Shown here piece by piece: positions 59,777 through 64,000 of a stretch of DNA of 64,000 bases (positions are counted from its first letter, which is position 1; every line of letters starts with the position of its first letter). The translations under genes were made by a program, and so were the position numbers. The stretch lies in the NCBI GenBank assembly GCA_043228905.1, contig JBHGNT010000001.1, positions 1-64,000 of the forward strand. Reading direction: 5' to 3'. This DNA is from Azolla caroliniana. Lineage: Eukaryota > Plantae > Polypodiophyta. The notes beneath the pieces were generated by a model. It was given only the letters and a program-made list of their open reading frames with translations. It was not told the DNA's origin and did not search any database.

Positions 59777-62499
59777 TTTCTGCAATCGTCGCTCTGATAC
59801 CAGTTTGTTGGGAATCAACGCTTCGATTCACCTTCTTCCCTCGGCCACAACCGAGTAATCACGGATCAATGCAGCAGAAAATAGGAAATACAGAGAAAGA
59901 CACGATACACAGGGATTAACGTGGAAAACCCTATACGGGAAAAACCACGGGAGTGCGAGACTCCAAACCAAACTATGCACAGAGAAATATACAATGGCGA
60001 GCTGCAAGGCAACGACCTAGAGCTCGCTGTCCTCGCCACAGGCGGCGGAAATACACAGAGGCGTCTACCTCTTCCTCTCTCGCGCTCTATCTCTCTCTCT
60101 CTCTCACGGCTGCTCCCTCTTCACTCCTCTTGAGTGGAAAAACAGAAAAATGGGTAGCAACAGTAAAACTGTTTGCCCTAAGTCATATTTATACATATAT
60201 GACTTTGGGGCTATTTACAACTATAGCCTCAGGGGCCCATAGCAGACATATTCACGGATATGTCCCTGTATTCGGATCGCTCTCCGGGTACATTCGTCAT
60301 CCGGCTCCGAAGTCGGGGTCTTCATCATCCGGTTCCGAAACCGAAACCGGGCTTGTCGGCATTCATCTCCGACATCCGACCATCCCATCCGAAGGGACCG
60401 CAATCCCAACAAAGGGACCATCCCTTCCTTTTATAAAACAAGGAGAGGGATGCGTTACAATGTGGGATAAATCCCGATTTACATGGGATTCTTCGTCCCA
60501 ACTTAACTCCTATTATTCACACAATTATACGAGGGTGAGTGCACATGGTGCACCCCGCCGATGTAGCCAATAATTCCCGGTTTCCGCCTCTGGCCAAAAT
60601 TCTTCACGACAACGTATTATGCACAGACGCCACCGTTCGTTGTTTCACAGTTACTTGGAGGTCTAGGTCGAAGGACTGACCGTAGACCGTGTTCCTAATC
60701 GGTAACACTTTTGGCACGCTTGGTGATCTGTGTCTTCTCATAGACGAACAACGACGAATGGATGTTTAGCCGCAGACGCCCTAGAGAACCAACACGACAA
60801 GACCGGCCAATCACAAGGTCCATCACACGCCAGGTAGAGGAACATGCACGACAAAAGCCTCGCCTCAGCGACCTCAGTACTACCTATCGTGATCACAAAG
60901 GTGATTTTCCGCTCTCCAAATACCTCGACGATACGCGGGGAGCACACTCACCACAACAGCACTGTGGTCTTCCCCGACCTGCCGTAGCCCCCAGCATGGC
61001 CTTTGCCTATCCCTACTTTAACGGCGAAACTGACGCCGCAACTCATATTCGCATGTTCCTCAATGTCTGGATTGCAAACCACATGGCGCAGAGCCTTTCT
61101 GAGTAGGTAGCACACTAATCCAAAATGACGGAGTTCGGGTTAACATTGGATGGGCGAGCGGCATTTTGGCATTCCCAGATGGATTTGCCGACAATCATGA
61201 CCTTTGATCAGTTGCAGTCCGCCTTTTTGCAGTTCTTCCATTGGAGGGTTCCGCAAGGCGAAATCCTCGGACAGTTCTACACAATTAAGCAACTGCCTAC
61301 CTAGACGATTGTGGACTTCAGCTTACGTTTCCAAAATTTACGACGAAAATTGGAACGGAGCCCTGTAGAGGATGAGGCTCGAGAGACATTTCTGGCAGCA
61401 TTACGTTGACCCATACGAACAACGCTCAACAACAATAGCGTGAAAGGGGAAACGACAGATATGGTCATTGAATGAGCGTTACAGCTTGAGCTGGACGAGG
61501 AGGAGGAAAGGTTTTCTATGTCCTCATTACGACAAGTGTTACCCCAAGACGAGGAACGACAACTTCGTCAAGCAATCCAGTGCACGATTTTCTTGAACTC
61601 GGGGCATTCCGCAGTGGAGTGCAACATGCGAATCCACTGCCCAATCTGCCACTCGAAGGCTCACATAGTCGAACAATGCGAATACAATATGCTGAACAAA
61701 GCCGCTCCCACAGTACGCAGCATGGACACACAACGTCCCCCACGACGTACTGAACAAAGGAGGCAAGAAGACTACCACGGTATGTGGATCGCAACTGACG
61801 TGACGACCGGCACCACCGGACTCACAACAATTCCGAGGAAGATGAACTAGAGGATGAGGATTACCGTGGTCCCTCGAGTTATGCTAAAGGAGGCTGACGC
61901 TATGAGAATCACCGACCGACAAACAAATGTTGTGGCTTCAATGGTTATCGTGGGAAGTAGCGGCAATATCGAGACCATCGGTGATATGACGAAAGCTCGG
62001 GCGATGAGCGACACCAAGAACCACGCCGGGACCAACAGCAACCACCGTGTACGTTCCGACAAACGAGGCCGGACTGTGAGGAGCAAGTCGCACCAGGAGA
62101 TCGGCACACACCACCAGGAGCTGAGAAGGGCGAATCGAGCATCCATTGTTTTGTTTGTTAGCAACCCGGACATTATGCCCAGCTCGCAAGGGCAAGGGGC
62201 CCGCCGTCAATATGATTACGGCGAAAGTGCAGCAAGTCACGACACACCAGCAAACAAAAACGGTTGATTGGGCCGCGAAAGATGAGATACGACGACAAGC
62301 CCAGGCATGGGTTGAAAAAGCAAACGCGACAAATACAGAGCGCATGCGGAAGAAGTCCGTGAATACGATGGAGCGAGTGGAGGATGAAGGACCGGCCCCA
62401 GACCCCATTTGGCAAGTGTTAGCGGGCTGCGAGATAACGTTAACCATGGAGAAGTTGCTGCTATTAGTCCCACGCTTCCGCCAGACCATGGAAGAACGG

Positions 62500-63885
62500 T
62501 GTCGCGTTGTTAAGCGCGTGCGTGGAGAACGAGGCGAGACCACCGGGGTCTTGGATCGAGAAATAGCTGAGAAGGAGGAGAACGGAAAGGCAACGGACGC
62601 ACTTGCACACGCACAGACACGGGAGCACACAGGAATCACAGTCCAACAACATAGCAAAACGAGACGACTAGAAGTCCGAGTATATGAACACGTATGTATA
62701 AAAAAAATAAAATATCAAGACGGTTACAACTAACAGGTCGGCAAGGCGAACACCGACGCCTGTTCACTCACACACAGAAGAGCGAGATGGAGACTCTACT
62801 GGAAGCACACGGGCGTTCCACGGAGCAGAGTCAACCTCCCGAAAACCTGCGCAAAATGGCTATGGAGAGTGGTAGAGGAGAAGGGCTCGGTCCCAATTCG
62901 GCAACACTTCGTCCTCTCTCTAACGCGCTATCTCTTTTTCATTCCTCTCCCTCTCTTTTATAGCCCAAGGAGGGAGGCCGTTATCATCCGTTACATCACA
63001 TTAATTCTCTGTCCTTTCGGACAGAGATACACCTCGATTCTCTCCCTATTGAATGCGTGCTACCTAGGATTTCACCTCAGCCGACTTGTACCTACCTACT
63101 TACCATACAACGAAAAGTGTGCTCGCGTGTAAGGGCCGGTTTACACACGCTAAACTCGGTTTCCGCCTAGGGACGGTTTTCTTCACGACATCCGCCCCCA
63201 CCTAACCGCGCATCCACCGGTATGCGCCAAAATTGGGCTCTTGCTGGAGAAAACCGGTCCATGCTTTACTCCTCGTCTTCCGGATCGTCATCCACCTCGA
63301 ACCGCCCGTCGTCGCCGTCCATGCTTTCCAGATCCGGCTCGCACTCGTGTCGTTTCTTAAATGCTTTGACCCTCTTCCCTGCTACCGATATTGCCATCCT
63401 CATATCGTCGAGCTCCGCAAGATGGTAGGTCCCGTTGTCGTTGGCGCCTGTCACCACGTAAGGCCCGAACCACCTCCTTGCAAACTTCTGCGTTGCCCTA
63501 TGTTGGTTGTCGAGGCTGTTGTCATACACTAGGACCCAGTCTCCTTCCTCGATTTTCTTCGGTCGCAGTCGGTGAGTCCAGTCAAACCGCCCTTTGTTCT
63601 TCAACCTTGCCAACTGAAGCTTCTCCACGGCTCATTCCACGTCCTTCGGCCTTCGCTCGAGTTGTCGAATCCGTGCTGCTAGCAACTCGTCCCAGCTCAT
63701 CTCATCTCATCTCTCCAGTCCACCGTGGCGCATGAGGAGATGGTTCACTCTGTTGGCATGATCAGCCTCTGTCCGTACATAAGCTCTGCCGGCATGAACT
63801 CGGTTACCGAACTGTGCGTAGTTCGGTCGGTCCACAAGGCATAAGGTAGCAGTCGCGGCCAGTTCCCGACTTGGCCTTCACACGC
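62500..63885 (-). mobile_element. Gypsy element 3' end: LTR 62500-63190, PPT and integrase C-terminal remnant
   Basis: TGTCGCG...CTTCACGACA; PPT GGTGGGGGCGGA; EGDWVLVYD...KFARRWFGPYVV (GPY/F motif) and WPRLLPYALWTDRTT. Confidence 0.8.
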
Positions 63886-64000
63886 TGTCGTGAAGATCCG
63901 TCACTACGCGTGGATCGTGAGGCGGAACCGCCGGGGTTCTGGACCGGAAGGATTCAAAGTCGGTACAAGCTTTGGCGAGAAAGTACTTAAGATAGATTGG
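63886..64000. mobile_element. Start of another LTR of the TGTCG family, inserted in the integrase and running off the window
   Basis: The integrase frame breaks at TGTCGTGAAGA, the reverse complement of the TCTTCACGACA terminus; preceded by ACGC. Confidence 0.6.

Larger units (their letters stand above)
44376..60411 (-). mobile_element. Full-length Ty1/copia element A. 5' LTR 59806-60411; 3' LTR 44376-44530 + 55242-55692
   Basis: 606-bp LTRs TG...CA; TSD AAGGG (44371-44375, 60412-60416); PBS TGGTATCAGAGC; PPT GAAGGGGGAG. Confidence 0.97.
43725..60611. mobile_element. Solo LTR D (~846 bp; 43725-44375 + 60417-60611), split by copia A
   Basis: TGTCGCGAAG...CTTCACGACA termini; 4-bp TSD ACGT at 43721-43724 and 60612-60615. 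Confidence 0.8.
43372..62499 (+). mobile_element. Degenerate Ty3/gypsy element E. 5' LTR split (43372-43724 + 60616-60707); PBS at ~60712; gag pseudogene ~60760-62499
   Basis: TGTTG...TAACA termini; PBS TGGCACGCTTGGTG (tRNA-Arg-like); gag motifs YFNGETDAATHIRMF, LDGRAAFWH and FDQLQSAFLQFF; Zn knuckles CPICHSKAHIVEQC; many stops. Confidence 0.7.

Noticed and set aside
45217-59797. Many antisense and alternate-frame ORFs in the copia elements
   Set aside because: Expected shadows of GC-rich coding sequence; their duplication reflects A/C identity

Overview
Land-plant nuclear DNA. A fern or other non-seed plant is inferred from the PPR style, long introns and TE families. The window opens with about 2 kb of a 178-189 bp tandem satellite. 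Three host genes follow: a small 2-exon conserved protein gene (+), an intronless 914-aa PLS/E+ PPR gene (-), and a 12(-13)-exon plastid glycerol-3-phosphate acyltransferase gene (ATS1/GPAT, -). Degenerate LINEs, a deleted copia element carrying a solo LTR, a Mutator-like MITE and microsatellites lie between them. The last 25 kb is a retrotransposon pile. Its core is a nest in which each element sits inside the LTR of the previous one: gypsy LTR E > solo LTR D > copia A > copia B > copia C, with the TSDs of D, A, B and C readable. A and C are near-identical and form a ~10.5 kb tail-to-tail inverted repeat. A gypsy group with TGTCG...CGACA termini (one copy has a tRNA-Trp PBS) repeatedly inserts at ACGN 4-bp sites. 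A LINE/SINE group shares a 3' stem-loop and sits next to (GA)n tracts. All calls were made by eye, with no database searches.
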